NCBI GenBank assembly: GCA_963514005.1
Contig: OY740811.1
Location: forward strand, 25,792,001-25,856,000
DNA from: Raja brachyura
Lineage: Eukaryota
Length of the DNA: 64,000 nucleotides
Direction of reading: 5' to 3'
Shown: piece by piece, positions 12,680-25,714 of the stretch
Layout of the letters: each line of letters starts with the position of its first letter
Position numbering within the stretch: position 1 is the stretch's first letter
Made by a program: the position numbers and the translations under genes
The notes under the pieces: model-generated
The model's database searches: none
Told to the model about the DNA's origin: nothing
The model's input: the letters and a program-made list of their open reading frames with translations, nothing else

Positions 12680-13120
12680 CACCCCCCCGCCCGCGGCCTT
12701 GCCTCAGCACAAGCCTGGGATCGCGCCGGGGAGTGGGGGAAAGAGATAAATAAAATAAAATGCATGAAAGTGGAAGGGAGCGAATGGTGAGAGGCACGGG
12801 GAGGGTAAAGGGGTAAAGGACTTACATGTCTTCTCACAATGAGCCGTCGACGCAGCGGCCGGGAGTCGGGTGTTGTCCTCAGCGGTTCGGAGACGTCACG
12901 GCACCAGGGCGGCCTCCACCAAATATACCACAGCGTTATCCTCCCTACACTGCCAGCGGCCTGTTGTCCCCGCCCTCGGCCTCAGCCTCTGCTCCTGCTC
13001 GTCCCCGCCCTCGTCCCCGCCCTCGGCCTCTGCCCACCTCGGGCCTGGCCTGGCCTGTCCTGTCCAGCGCCGCCCCTCTGCCTGCTCCTCCCCCTGGGAG
13101 GCAGGGAGGGAGGAATGTTG
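12680..13120 (-). promoter_or_regulatory. CpG-island promoter and first exon of VAMP3
   Basis: Clearest non-repeat GC/CpG-rich island in the window. GC boxes CCCCGCCC near 12968, 13003 and 13015, and a CRE-like GACGTCA at 12892-12898. Confidence 0.85.
12826..12827 (-). CDS. VAMP3: VAMP3 exon 1 coding part (AT of split start codon)
   Basis: gagaagacAT|gtaagt inside the CpG island. An AT|G split start is the conserved VAMP1/2/3 architecture. Total CDS is 2+94+159+52+17 = 324 nt (107 aa + stop). Confidence 0.9.
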
Positions 13121-14650
13121 TCAGAGTTGGAAGGGGAAAGATAAAACATCCGTGGAAATGAGGTAAGACATTGGGATGCAACCTGCGTTTGTCAACATGT
13201 AGTGCTGAGGGGAAAGAGTGGGGGATCTGAGTATTGCTCTTGCTGTCACAAACACAATCTATGAGCACTACAAACATTCAACAGGTGAGGCAGCATCTGT
13301 AAAAAACATGTTTAAGAATTAAAGTTACACGTCAAAAAACCTTCACCAGAACTTGCTGCTTTATTTCAGATCAACACGGCCCGTAGATTTATGATTTTTT
13401 TGTTCTTGACAGTCCACATGACTGAGGTGTGCCACCTGTCGTGATAGATATTGTCATGATTCTATTCAGTTAACTGGTCAATCTCCCCCCCCCCCCACCC
13501 AATAGATACAAAACATCTCTACAGGTTTAATCAACACCAAGTTACCACCTAAGATTCGAAATTTTTGATTCCTCCTCATAAAGTGAAAATATCGAAAAAG
13601 TTGCTGTACAGTTGAAAAGAGGCTTAACCCAGACTGGAATAGTATTGTCCCGTTCCTTGGCACCAGGCAGGAAATTCAACCCCTGACTAGTATAAAATTC
13701 CTTCACATGATGTCAACAGAAGTGCAACGCTCAGTATTTGCCTCAAGCAGGATTTTTAACTTCACTTATCTGAAAAAGGCCTGTCGTTGTTTGCTAACCC
13801 TGTTTCCACTGAAATAATATATTAAAAGGGCCAACACACAAATGGCTTTCTCTGCCAGGGAAGCACTTTGCAGCCTTACTCCGCAAGCTGCTCTCACTTA
13901 AATCAAGGCTTCCCTTCCTGCACCCTTTCAGATTTATCTGAACTCACAACTTACTTCCAAAGAGGATCTGTTTACAGGTAACATTTCTTTTGTTGGATAG
14001 GATGCAAATTAACTATAAGCATTCAAGGCATCTTGGGTAGCCACAGGGACCTTGCTGGAGGCTGCATAAAAGGGCTCATCTCCTGAGGTTTTACCAGACA
14101 GAAATTTATAGAGATCAAGGCTTGCAGCTAAACTTCTGTAATGAGCAGGTAGGAGTCCAGTCCTAAGTGACATGTTACCTCCGACAAGGCAAAGCAAATA
14201 CCCACATACATGCCTGGAATGCTCTGCCACAAAGGGTTGTGGTCATAGTCACTTCCAGCTCCCTCGCGTAAAATTCATTCTGAAATGCTGCTGTTGATGT
14301 CAACTCCATCGCAGAGTTTGCGGCGCCCAGCTCCACTATGGAAGAAAACAAGCTTCATGTACAATGAGAGAATATCACCTCGTGGACGCAAGGAACTGCA
14401 GATGCTGGTTGACACGCAAGGACACCTTTGATTAGCCTTGAACAAAAAAAGACACAAGGTACTGGAGTTACTCGGCAGGTAAGGCAACATTCTTGAAGAA
14501 CATGGATAGGGGATGTTTCAGGTCGGGACCCCCTTCAGGCAGGAATGACCTACCTTTCCTTTAACCCACTGGAACAGCCAGGCAAGGGATTAGCTGCTTA
14601 TGCAGGATTCCCTGGAGTGGAGGTGCTCATATAGTATGTCATTAAGGAGA

Positions 14651-14947
14651 CTTTAGTCTTTAGAGATATAGTGTGGAAACAGGCCGTTCGGCCCACCAAG
14701 TCCATGCTGCCCAGTGACCACCCCGTACACTAACATGTGTACACTAGGGACAATTCTGACAACTTACTGAAGCCAATTAACCTACAAACTTGTACTCTTT
14801 GGAGTGTGGGAGGAAACTGGAGCACCCGGTGAAAAGCCACGTGGTCACAGGGAGAATATACTCTGTACAGACAGCACCTGTTGTCAGGATCAAACCTGGG
14901 TCTCTGGCACTGTAAGGCAGCAACTCTACTGTTGTGCCACTGTGCGC
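14651..14947 (-). mobile_element. Same SINE family, full length
   Basis: Reverse-complement match to 23506-23799. Confidence 0.88.
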
Positions 14948-15944
14948 CCCCCCCCCCCCCCCCCATTTGAGAAATACAGCGTGGAAACAGCCCTTTGGTC
15001 CACCGAAACATCACTAGCAAGTTCCTAATAGTTTCCCCATGGTTGCCTTGCACAAAGAACACGATTCCTCTGAGTACTGTTCTCCGCCCCACTCTCCAAA
15101 AATCATATCATATCATTTGCAGCACCACTCTCCGTAGCTGGAAGAATGTTGTTTGTAGGGTACATCCACCCCATTACAGAAACATATAATGTCTACAGCA
15201 AAGGAGGTTGTCATTTGGTCCATCAAGTTCATTCTGCCTTTGTGTAAGCTATTTAACTAGTCCAACTCCCTAACCACATTGGTCCTGTAAATTATTTCCC
15301 TTCCGATGTTACATAACCCCCTCTGAATCTCTTTCCCCTTAGTTAAATCTATGTTGTCTTGTTTTATCTGTCGCTGATATGGGGAAATGTTTCCTGCAGT
15401 CTACAATATCTGTATCCCTCACAATTTTTATATAGCTCAGTTCTTAGCCTACTTCACTCCAGGCAGAACAGACCCTGCCTCTCAAACATTCCATCACGGG
15501 CAACGTCCAGGTGAATCTCCTCTGCACTCTTTCAGCGCTGTCACACCTTTCAATCCTGTGGTGATTAGGACCATACACAGTACTTCAGCTGAGCTCTGAC
15601 CAATGGTGTATAAAGTTGAGCATAACCTCCCTGGTTTTCTATTCATCTCCGTGACTAATAATGGCCATTATCCTGAGTGGTGAAGTTTTACATTGCTGCC
15701 CCTCCAGGACTGTCCTGGAAACTCCAGGAATTAATCTCCAAACACACATTGAAGCAACCTGGTGTTGGTATTATAAGATGCAAATGATTTTCTTTAATAA
15801 GTTACAAAAGTATTAGAGACAGATTCAAAAGCGTAGCATCATCCAAACAGGTAATTATGAGTCTGTTTGGTTTCCAATTGGTTAAGGGAAGAGGGGCAAT
15901 AAGCGGATGGATGCGTGAGATGTGTAATGATGGGTCCGTGGCTA

Positions 15945-16255
15945 GGTCATAGTCATAGAGTGATACAGTGTGGAAACAGGCCCTTCGGCTCAACTCGCCT
16001 ACACCGGCCAACAATGTCCCAGCTACCTTAGTCCCACTTGGCTGCGCTTGGTCCATAATCCTCCAAACCTGTCCTATCCATGTACCTGTCCAACAGTTTC
16101 TTAAACAATGGGATAGTCCCAGCCTCAACTACCTCCTCTGGCAGCTTGTCCCATACACCCTCTGTGTGAAAAAGTTACCCCTCGGATTGCTATTAAATCT
16201 TTTCCCCTTCACCTTGAACCTATGCTCTCTGGTCCTCGATTGCCCTACTCTGAAT
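15945..16255 (-). mobile_element. CR1-type LINE 3' fragment
   Basis: SRTREHRFKVKGKRFNSNPRGNFFTQRV, with tail ctatgactatgac. Confidence 0.88.
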
Positions 16256-16999
16256 TTGAATGTTGTATTGAAGCATCCACCAATATGGCCAGGTAGGTTT
16301 GGGAACTGGGCAAGGGTCTGCAATATGGAGGGTGTTCACCTAAACCACCATGTTCAACCTCAGGAAGATTTGGAGAATCATATTCCCCCATGTCTGAAAT
16401 GGCCTGACCACTGGAGGTTAGGCTGCTTTGAGCCCCAACCCAGACATTCCAGGCTTGCTGTCCCTGATCCATGGATTTCTGCTGGTAAGTGGATTCATCT
16501 GGTTGTCTTGTGACTCAGCTATGATGTCTTGCCCTGTGATTAACCTCCTGTCACTCTCTGAGTGCAGAAACTAACAATAGGCTGGTAATGTGCCAGAGAA
16601 CCACCACACAATATGATTGAGTTCGAGTGGAAAAGGACCAAAGTGTATTTGGAAAAGGAATTCCAACAATGTAGAGGCGAAACATTGTGAAAGCTGGAAT
16701 TCTGAAATTAAATTAGAAAATGTTGAAAAGTGCCAACCCAGTTTCCAGTATTTTCTCTCATTTTTTCTAAAAATATGTATAATTAAAATGGTAATAATTG
16801 CATGAAAGAACTCTTGTCAAGGTCAGTGTTAGGACATCATGAACCACCATCTCAACTAAATAGCAAAATGAATGTAAAACCCTATTGCAGGAATTCAAAA
16901 CACGCTGGTTGTGAATGTTGGCTGAAGTGCAGTGATAAAGAATTGTTCTCTGCAGAGTAAAGCTAAGTACGTTGGAATTACACAGCACCATAGAATGAA

Positions 17000-17250
17000 A
17001 CAACAGGGGAGGGTGAACCGGGTTAATGCCCCCATCGCCTTCAAGGTCGGCTGCAGGAAACGCCCCTGGGACACAAAGATGGCCGGGCGAAGAGAGGGAC
17101 GTCGGTTTGCGGGAACTGCTCCTGTGGACCGTGCGGCCGGCCGACTGGACTTTGGAATAATGGCGTCGAAAATGGTGACGTCTGCATGTGTAATATATGC
17201 AAAAAGAATTTCACTCTGCAGTTGCATGTGTGACAAATAAAGCACCTTTG
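17000..17250 (+). repeat. Interspersed repeat, LINE 3' UTR-like; related copy at ~3810-3995
   Basis: Both copies share gtcggctgcagga...cacaa(a)gatggc...agagggac and aagaatttc. This copy ends gtgtgacaaataaagcacc. Confidence 0.55.
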
Positions 17251-17289
17251 AAGCATGTCTGTGTCAGACTTACATGGTGTTTTTTGTGA

Positions 17290-17535
17290 TCTCCAGGTAA
17301 CCATTGAATCACTGTTTCCCAGTTACTGTTGTAATGTAGGATCAGGACATGGGATCTATACACAGCAACTGCCCACAGGCAGCTGTGATGAAACAACAAA
17401 GACTAATCATATTGGTTGAACGATAAACATTGTCCTTTTACTCCACTAAGGAGTGACATGGGATCAATTAAATCCACCTGAAAGAGCAGGCAGGGGATGT
17501 TAGATGCCCCAACTGAAAGAACACACCTCTGACGT
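17290..17535. mobile_element. Ancient Deu-domain-type SINE relic (similar relics at ~8860-9040, ~28640-28730, ~36530-36620)
   Basis: actgttgtaatgtagga...cacagcaa..cccaca and catgggatc...tccacctga..gagcag...tgaaaga..cacctctgac resemble the recalled SacSINE1/DeuSINE consensus. Confidence 0.45.
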
Positions 17536-17544
17536 GAAACATTT

Positions 17545-17856
17545 ATCTCCTCCCGCCTAGATTACTGCAACTCCCTTTACACTGGCATCAGCCAATCTTC
17601 CCTGTCCCGGCTGCAACTGGTCCAAAACGCCGCAGCGAGACTCCTGATGGGCACCCGAAAAAGGGACCACATCACCCCGATCCTGGCCTCTCTCCACTGG
17701 CTCCCTGTGCGGTTCCGAATAAATTTCAAGACCCTCCTCTTTGGGCTTGCCCCCACCTACATTAAAAGTCTTCTCACCCACTACACCACCTCCAGGTCCC
17801 TCAGATCGGCCGACTTGGGGTTGCTGAATGTCCCGCAGTCTAGGCATAAGCTCAGG
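17545..17856 (+). mobile_element. L2-clade LINE fragment (RT C-terminal region)
   Basis: ISSRLDYCNSLYTGISQSSLSRLQLVQNAAARLLMGTRKRDHITPILASLHWLPVRFRINFK. Confidence 0.92.
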
Positions 17857-18499
17857 CCATGTAACTCAGAAGTTTTTAAAAGGGTGCACATGAAGATATC
17901 ACAAGAAGATGTTGCCCCCTCTGGTTGAGGATTCAGCCAGCATTCTCAACCAGGTCTCACTGGTGACTGTGAAAGTCACCTGAAGAATGGGTTCATCCCA
18001 CCAGTGCAATCGTGGAGAATGAGTGAAACGATTCTGCAGACTGTTACACCTCATTCACACAGACCGTTACGGAAAACAAGTGATATCAGACAAGGACAGT
18101 AGTCAGGTTACTAATTTACCTGTTACACAAATTCAAAATCAAAGTCGATGGTTTTTGAGCTGTGGCAGGCAATTTCAACAAACATTAGTGAGGAAGTAAT
18201 GTAAGAGATACAACTGTGTAAAATAGTTACTCGTTAATAATGCTGCAGTGCATAAGTTCAAGAGAGCCATGGAAATATGGACGGGTGTTATTGTACCTGG
18301 GTCTCTGGAGAATCCGCTCTTCCTGTGTTTACGGCAGCTTTTGTTTCCAAAGTGCTTTTCATTATGTTTCCCTGACAGGGAGGCAAACACTAACCATAGC
18401 TCAGAAGTATCCGGGCTGGCTCTCCCCGTGTCGTGCTGTTGGAGTGCCATCGTGAAATGCTGCATCGTGGCCCATCTACAGATGTTAACAAATACAGGA

Positions 18500-19089
18500 A
18501 GTCAAGTCAAGTCACTTTTATTTCTATAGCACATTTAATAAACAACTCTCGTTGACCAAAGTGCTTTGCATTGGTGGAGGTACTAACGTTATACAACATT
18601 GGTTCATAGATTAAGTACATACATAAGTACATACTTATAGCCCTCCCTCAGAGGACGTCAAGAAAGGCTTGAGAGTAATGCCCCTGTCCCACTTTGGAAA
18701 CCTGAACGGAAACCTCTGGAGACTTTGCGCCCCACCCAAGGTTTCCGTGCGGTTCCCAGAGATTTTTGTCCTCCGGCAACCACCTTCAACTAGCATCGCA
18801 ACCAGCTTTGACTAAAAAATTACCGATTTTTAAAACGGAAACCACTTTCGACCACTAGGGAGACTGACAAAAACCTCCGGGAACCGCACGGAAACCTTGG
18901 GTGGGGCGCAAAGTCTCCAGAGGTTTCCGTGCAGGTTTCCTAAGTGGGACAGGGGCATAAAGATGAGTTTTAAGTCTCGACTTAACAGAGTCGATGGAGG
19001 GGGCAGTTCTGATGGGAAGAGTGATGCTGTTCCACAGTCTAGGAGCTGCAACCGCAAAGGCGCGGTCGCCCCTGAGCTTATGCCTAGAC
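18500..19089 (-). mobile_element. L2 LINE 3' end (inverted continuation of 17545-17856), interrupted by MITE 2
   Basis: Minus strand reads SRHKLRGDRAFAVAAPRLWNS..., then the 3' UTR and a gtgctatagaaataaaagtgacttgacttgact tail. Confidence 0.88.
18679..18957. mobile_element. Harbinger-like MITE 2 inserted in an L2 tail
   Basis: TIRs TGCCCCTGTCCCACTT / AAGTGGGACAGGGGCA, exact TAA TSD (18676-18678 and 18958-18960), long internal inverted arms. Confidence 0.88.
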
Positions 19090-19313
19090 CTAGGAAGCCA
19101 ATCATTCTGCTAAACATGACAAATAGATTCACTGCTTTTCTGCAATCAGTAAATTTATTATTTGATCGTAGATGCCACAACTGATGTGCCAGTTGAGGGT
19201 ACAGCCAAGAATTTGGCAATGAGCTACATCATTGTAAGCCCTATGGCTAAATTAAAATCTCCATCCTCTCTGATTTCCATTGGTCACCAGTTACTGTTAC
19301 AGCCAAACAGTAC

Positions 19314-19590
19314 GGGGTGGCATGGTGAGACAGCGGTAGAGTTGTAGAGCGGTAGAGACCCGGGTTTGATCCTGACCACGGGTACTGTCGGTACGGAGTT
19401 TCTATGTTCTCCCTGTGACCCGCATGGATTTTCCCCAGGTGCTCCGGTTTCTTCCCACACTCCAAAGACGTACTGGTTTGTAGGTCAATTGGCCTCGGTA
19501 AAGATTGTAAATTGTCCCTAGTGTGTAGGATAGTGCTTGTGTACAGGGATTGCTGGTTGGCTCGGACTCAATGGGCTGAAGGCCCTGTTT
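19314..19590 (+). mobile_element. Same SINE family
   Basis: Matches 23506-23799. Confidence 0.88.
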
Positions 19591-19889
19591 AACAAAGAAC
19601 TATTTGCCAGATTTGTAATTAGTTCCTCCCAGTGTCAGCTGTGTTTTGCATTCCAAAACTCTGCAACACTTGGAGATATTTTGGCCATCGTAATTTGTAT
19701 GTGATTTGGCTTCAACTTGTAAACTATCACGCACCGCTGAGATTTTAAACATTAACTCTCAGCTGGAGATGACATGGGGGGAGGGGTGATGTGTGTGTGC
19801 ACGGGAGGTGTTTGTGGGGTTAGGAGTGTGTGCGCTTGGGTGAGATGCTTGTGGGGGGCAGCCAGCAAGAGTGCTGATTATCGTCCATG

Positions 19890-20913
19890 GTTTAGTTTTT
19901 TAGTTTAGTGATACAGCACGGGAACAGGCCCTTCGGCCCACCGAGTCCACACCGACCAGCGATCATCGCACACTAACGCTATCCTACAAACACTAGAGAC
20001 AATTTACACTTAGGAGAGCTCCCCCTCCCGTCACCCCACTCACCATCAGTCACATCTGTGGAGTCTTTTAAGTTCCTGGGAACCATCATCTCCAAGGACC
20101 TTAAGTGGGGGGCTACCATCGACTCCACAGTCAAAAAGGCACAACAGAGGATGTACTTCCTACGGCAGCTGAGGAAGCACAATCTGCCACAGGCAATGAT
20201 GGTCCAATTCTACATGGCCATCGTAGAGTCTGTTCTCACCTTCTCCATCATGGTCTGGTTTGGCTCAGCCACCAAGCACGACACCTGGAGGCTGCAGAGA
20301 ATCGTCTGATCACCAGAGAAGGTTATTGGCTACAACCTTCCCTCCATTGATGAAATGTACACTGCAAGGGCCAGGAAGCAAGCGGGCAAGATCATCTCTG
20401 ACCCCTCTCACCCTGGCCACAAACTCTTTGAATCTGGAAGGCGACTCCGGATTGTCAAAGCTGCCACAGCCAGACATAAAAACAGTTTTTATCCACGAGT
20501 AGTTGCTCTACTCAACAGCCAAAAATCTGTAGCCTCCCTTTGATCTGGTATTCTGTTGGTTCACATGCTTGATCAATGGTAGTTTATCATTAATGTTTTA
20601 TTATTATTAATGTTTAGTGTTTTCTGCGTCATTCGTAACAATCACATGTTGTTACTTGTGGTCGGAGCACCAAGGCAAACCCCTTGTATGTGAATACTTG
20701 GCCAATAAACTTACTTACTTACTTATACCAAGCCAATCATTCTACAAACCTGTACATCTTTGGAGTTTGGGAGGAAACCGAAGATCTCGGAGAAAACCCA
20801 CGTGGTCACGGGGAGAACGTACAAACTCTGTACAGGAGCACCGTAGTCAGGATTGAACCTGGATCTCGGACGCTGTAAGGCAACAACTCTACTGCTGCGC
20901 CATTGTGCTGCCC
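19890..20913 (-). mobile_element. Same SINE family, split (19890-20011 and 20725-20913) by the Rex1-type LINE
   Basis: Removing 20012-20724 restores ...gacaatttacactt|ataccaagccaat.... Confidence 0.88.
20012..20724 (+). mobile_element. Rex1/Babar-type LINE 3' fragment inserted into a SINE
   Basis: ESFKFLGTIISKDLKW...KKAQQRMYFLRQLRK...VESVLTFSIMVWFGS (DUF1891-like region). Ends in AATAAA plus (ACTT)4. Confidence 0.88.
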
Positions 20914-23505
20914 ATGTTGCATATTTCTGTTTTCCCCACCGACATAGGAGGAGACTGTTGAGCCTATCGAGCCCTTCCCAGCTTGCTCTATGTTTCCTAT
21001 TATCTATTCCCCTTACATTTCCAACACTTACCCACACACTGAAGGCAATTTAAAACGTCAATTGACCCCCAAAACACACACATCTTTGGGATGTGAGAGG
21101 AAATTGATGAAGTCACATGAGAACATGCAAACTCCACACAGACAACAGTGGAAGTCAGGATTTCACAAGATTGGTGACGCAGTGATGCAGCATCTCTGCT
21201 CACTGCTAATACAAGTGTCCATCTGGGCCACTTCAGTTGGACCAACCATGGTGACCTGAAGAAGTGTTTTGACCAAAACATCACCCATTCCTTCTCTCCC
21301 GAGATGCTTCCTGTCCCGCCTAATTACTCCAGCATTTTATGTCTATCATGGTGACATGAAACTAGAGTTGGGCAGAGACCCGAACAAGACTTTTGTGCAA
21401 AGGTCACTCCGGCAACCAGCTGGGTTCCTAACTGGCTTTTGTTTCCAAATTTATCTTCAACCATATTTAGTTCCCAAACTGGATTTTAGCTCAGGATATA
21501 TAATCCAGGAATTAACCCACAAATACTGAACTGTTTTTTATTAATCAGAATCTCACCTCAAGAATTCAAAGTCAGTAAATTTTAATAAATACCTGTTTGG
21601 GAATTTTTGTACTGACTGCCTAGCCTCTTTATTTTCCATTCTCCCATGCACCAATGTAGATTATCCGACTCTCTATGCAGTGAACAAATTGCTCATAACA
21701 ATTCCAAAGAGCAAAAATTCTCTAAACACTGTAATGATTTAAAATGCAATTGAACACCTCAAACGTTTTTGCAAATGGAAATCTATTGATGTCCAACTCA
21801 CCTCCAGGTTCGTCTTTCACTCGCGTTTTGACAGGCAGAGCTCAAGTCTTCATGTTTCTTCATCTTTTCATCTCGTCCCATGGTGTCCAAACCTTGCTTT
21901 TGAAGGTATTTGTTAGCATTGAGCATAACTAAACCACCTCATGCATCCAAAACCGAGATTTCCCCTCATTCCGACAGAGTCAATAACCAGAAACAGTTTC
22001 AAGTGAGTGAGAGGACAATCGTTCATCATGATTAATCTTACAATAGATTTAAGATAAAGAGCAAAATAAGCAGTGTGTCATGGAGTCATTATTTAACAGA
22101 GTAAACTGATCTGGACTGTGCTGCCAGAATAGTGGAAGGATTCAATAGTAACTTCCAAAAGGGGAACTGGTTAAATACTTGAATGGAAAGTGAAAACAAC
22201 TATTATCGAGCAAGAGCTAGAGAATTAGGTTAGATAATACATGAACAATGGGCCAAGATTCTAGCGGGGTGATTTTAAATTAGTTCTCAAGGCATGACAC
22301 TTTACCAGTGGGAAGTGAACACAGCGCCAATTTTACAGCTGATCTAGACATGCTAATCTATGGAGCAAATCCATCACTGCACCCAGTATCACCAGCCTCC
22401 TGATGGGCAGATTAGGCCCCGACTCCTCACTGTGTCACTTGACGGGTATGCAATTTGTGATGATACGCTCTATCACAATGCTGTGCAATTTAATTATACG
22501 GCTCGCAACTTTGATGTTCACATGTTATCAGACGTGTAACCTAATTGTGGCGCCAATTAATTGGAGGGAGGAGGGCTTTCTGGGCCAGTGCTAATGACAT
22601 GTTTTCTGATAGTCATGCCAACTGAAGTCCAGACATGTCCACTCCCAACTAGTGGAACAGGCATCAGCTTCTACCAATGCCACGCTAACAGCAGGCTATG
22701 TGTGTTGAAGTCCAAAAGGAAATGAACAACCTCAAAAGTCTTTGCAAATGGAATGCTATCCAACTCACCTTCAAAGGTGTCTTTTTCTCTTGTTTTGATA
22801 GGATGAACTCATGGCATTCTTGTTACATTACCTGCACACAGCATCATTGTAAAGGGGATGATAAAGGGATTTGTAAGTACGTATCGCAGAATATTATAGA
22901 CTGCTTCCTGACGTTACTCCCGAATGATTAAAAAACTTGATCTAGATTCCCCCACACGAGGAAATGATCTTGCTTGTCATGCGAGTAAATAAATAATTCA
23001 ACAGGTAGGACACACTTGCCGTCTCCCTCCTTCCCCAGAAGCACTTAAACAGGAACTTCTTCTGAATGCTTTGGATGATTGAAATCCAGTCCAGACGAAT
23101 AACTGGTAACATGAGAAACATTCTTTGTCATGCCTTATCTTCTGGAGCAGGCCTGATTTGAAGGCCAGTGCTCACCATATCAGCTGGCAACACATCACAC
23201 AGACACAGTACTCTCTCACAAAACAGGTTCTCGACGTAAGCTGACATTTTATACATATCATGTATTATAGTGGCTGTTGGATTAGTAAAATGTTTACAAA
23301 GGAATCCCAATGACATTACTGGTTCCTGTATAAAACTAACCGCCATGTAGCTCAAGAACTAGATTAGAAGTGAAAACACAACAGAGCTGTGGATACATTT
23401 TTATCTGTCACACGGTTCAATATTAAATTTTCATTTAACATCTGGGCTCACTCATTTTGTCTTTCTTCAGCCAGCTTCAGTCATACCAATGAATGCTTTG
23501 GAGCA

Positions 23506-23799
23506 GGGGCGGCACAGTGGCGCAGCGGTAGACTTACTGCCTTACAGCGCCATGGACCCAGGTTCAATTCTGACCACCAGTGCTGTCTGTATGGAGTTTG
23601 CATGTTCTCTTTGTGACCTGCGTGGGTTTTCTCCAGGTGCTCTGGTTTCCTCCCACACTCCAAAGATGCACAGATTTGTAGGTTAATTGGCTTCTGTAAA
23701 TTGTCCATAGTGTGTAGGACAGTGCTAGTGTACAGGGTGATTGCTGGTCGGCGTAGACTCGGTGGGCCGAAGGGCCTGTTTCTGCACTGTATTTCTAAA
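23506..23799 (+). mobile_element. tRNA-derived SINE (HE1/V-SINE-like), full length
   Basis: A box tggcgcagcggt and B box ggttcaattc, central gagtttgcatgttctc...tttcctcccacactccaaagatg domain, and CR1-like tail gggccgaagggcctgtttc. Confidence 0.9.
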
Positions 23800-25714
23800 G
23801 CCAGGCAGTCTGCAAGCCCCTGATGAAGTAGCCAAGATTGAGTTGGATGCATTGGACTCTCTTCGAATTTTACTCACTCTGTGAATGCCCATTATTGGTG
23901 AGATTATTGTAGTGCCATGCTAAGCCAAATGTTCAGCGCCTCCATTGTTCCTTGTGTTACGTTAGCAGCTTCCACTGGTCTGTTTTATAGATAAGTCAAG
24001 GGGAGCTTGTGGTTCCGACTGTCATTTCTGCCGATGAACTGAATATCCAACGGCTGGTGGACAACATGCTGAGTTAGCCTCCAATATTTCACTGTACATT
24101 TTCACAGCTCTGATACGTCGTCCTGTCCGCGCTTGCTGCAGCCAAAATAGCGGGAAGATGACCAACGTAGCCTTGAAATAAGCCATTACAATTATGAAGG
24201 AGGAGAATCAAAAAGTGAAATGTCACGGCTCCTTTTGACAGCAATGCTGCTCAGTCCGAGTGACCAGAAACATCTAGCACTGTACACCAACCACAATCAG
24301 TACCACCTTTTGATTCACTGCTTTATTCAGGGAAATGTTATAGTAATCCTTCTATTGCTGGGCAGATTCCAGTGCCCACATTTGTCTTCAATGTTCCAGG
24401 TTTTGTCCTTTTCAAAGGTGTAAGAACGAGGTCTGCCATTTTATTTGCAGTTGAAGTGAGTGCTTTCTACCTTCATTTAAAGTTATTTTGTCCATCTTTT
24501 ATTGCTCCTAGCCACGTTTCTCTGAGTTAGCCTGTTCTGTAGGAGGCCAAGCTAACGATTCAACCTCCAAGAACACCAATGTGCTTGAACTACCTTGAGG
24601 AAGGAAGCAAACACTTGGGGTGACATCTCGTCAGTAGTTAACTCTTCAGAGTAAATCATGAAAGATGAGGCAGTCCCACAGAGGTGTGAGGACCTGGCTG
24701 GAAAAGGACATACACTAGTCCTGTGATACTGAATTGCCTACATTGTAGGTAGAGGGAGGCACAAACGGATATTAGACAATTACCCACTGAGACAATGACA
24801 GAGAGAAACAATAGGAAAATCAGACATTTAACCATATACCTGTGCAGGACCAACTGTGTGTAACCAGACGAGTATTTATTTTATTGGCCACAGAAAAGCA
24901 GGGGACCATGGCTGAACAACACTGAGGCCAGAAACTGAGAAACGCCACTGAGGATTAACTACAGCCATAAAACTCAATCTGATGGTCAGTCTGTGCTGTG
25001 GGGGAAAAAGCTCAACCTGATCATGATCCACAGCCTCTTATGGTAAAAGGGACACACGGCGGTGAGAGCAGGAGTCGTTTAACAGCCTGCTGACCTTCTT
25101 CATCATGGCCCACTGAAGAAGGCAGAGTTATTAACCTTCCAGGATTGAGCACGTGCCCCCACAAATCACCCACCAATTGTTGGTACACCGTGATTAACTA
25201 GGGAGGTAATAAATAAAATGGATACCTTTCATTTTCCTTGATATAAATTTTGCTCATTAGCTAAAGAAATATTGGATCTGGGATACAGGATATTTGATTG
25301 TGGCAACGACGGAGAACAGAACAAACCCCCAGGCACCATCAACTAGAGGTGGAACTCTGGAGCCAGGTGAGGTGTGAGAGGAGACTGAAGTTGCACGCAA
25401 CTGCGAAAGAGCAATGGGGAAGTTGAACGCCAGTAAGGAGACATTTCAGGGATGGGGAAAAGCAAACAGTAAGATCGGGTGAGGGAAGGGAAGGGAAAGT
25501 CTAGAGAAGGAAAAGGAAGACCAATGACAGGAAAGTGATATCCAGGGAAGAGCAATAATAAAACGAAACAGGAAGGAAACCAGAATGAAATGGTTTGATA
25601 ACCAATCCATTGGAGGGCACCTTGGTGCCAAGAGTCAAAAAGTTGTCCAGAGAACGAGAAAGTTAGCAAGTATCAAACGATATATATTCAGAAATAAATT
25701 TAACAAACTAACAT

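Noticed and set aside
12598-13277. Overlapping Pro/Arg/Gly-rich ORFs (79-111 aa) on both strands
   Set aside because: By-product of the stop-poor CpG-island promoter, with low complexity and no recognisable domain.
15968-16513. Longest ORF in the track (181 aa)
   Set aside because: Antisense read through a CR1 LINE 3' fragment and flank, not a gene.
23506-23580. tRNA-like sequence with A and B boxes (also at other SINE heads)
   Set aside because: These are tRNA-derived SINE heads continuous with the SINE core and tail, not tRNA genes.
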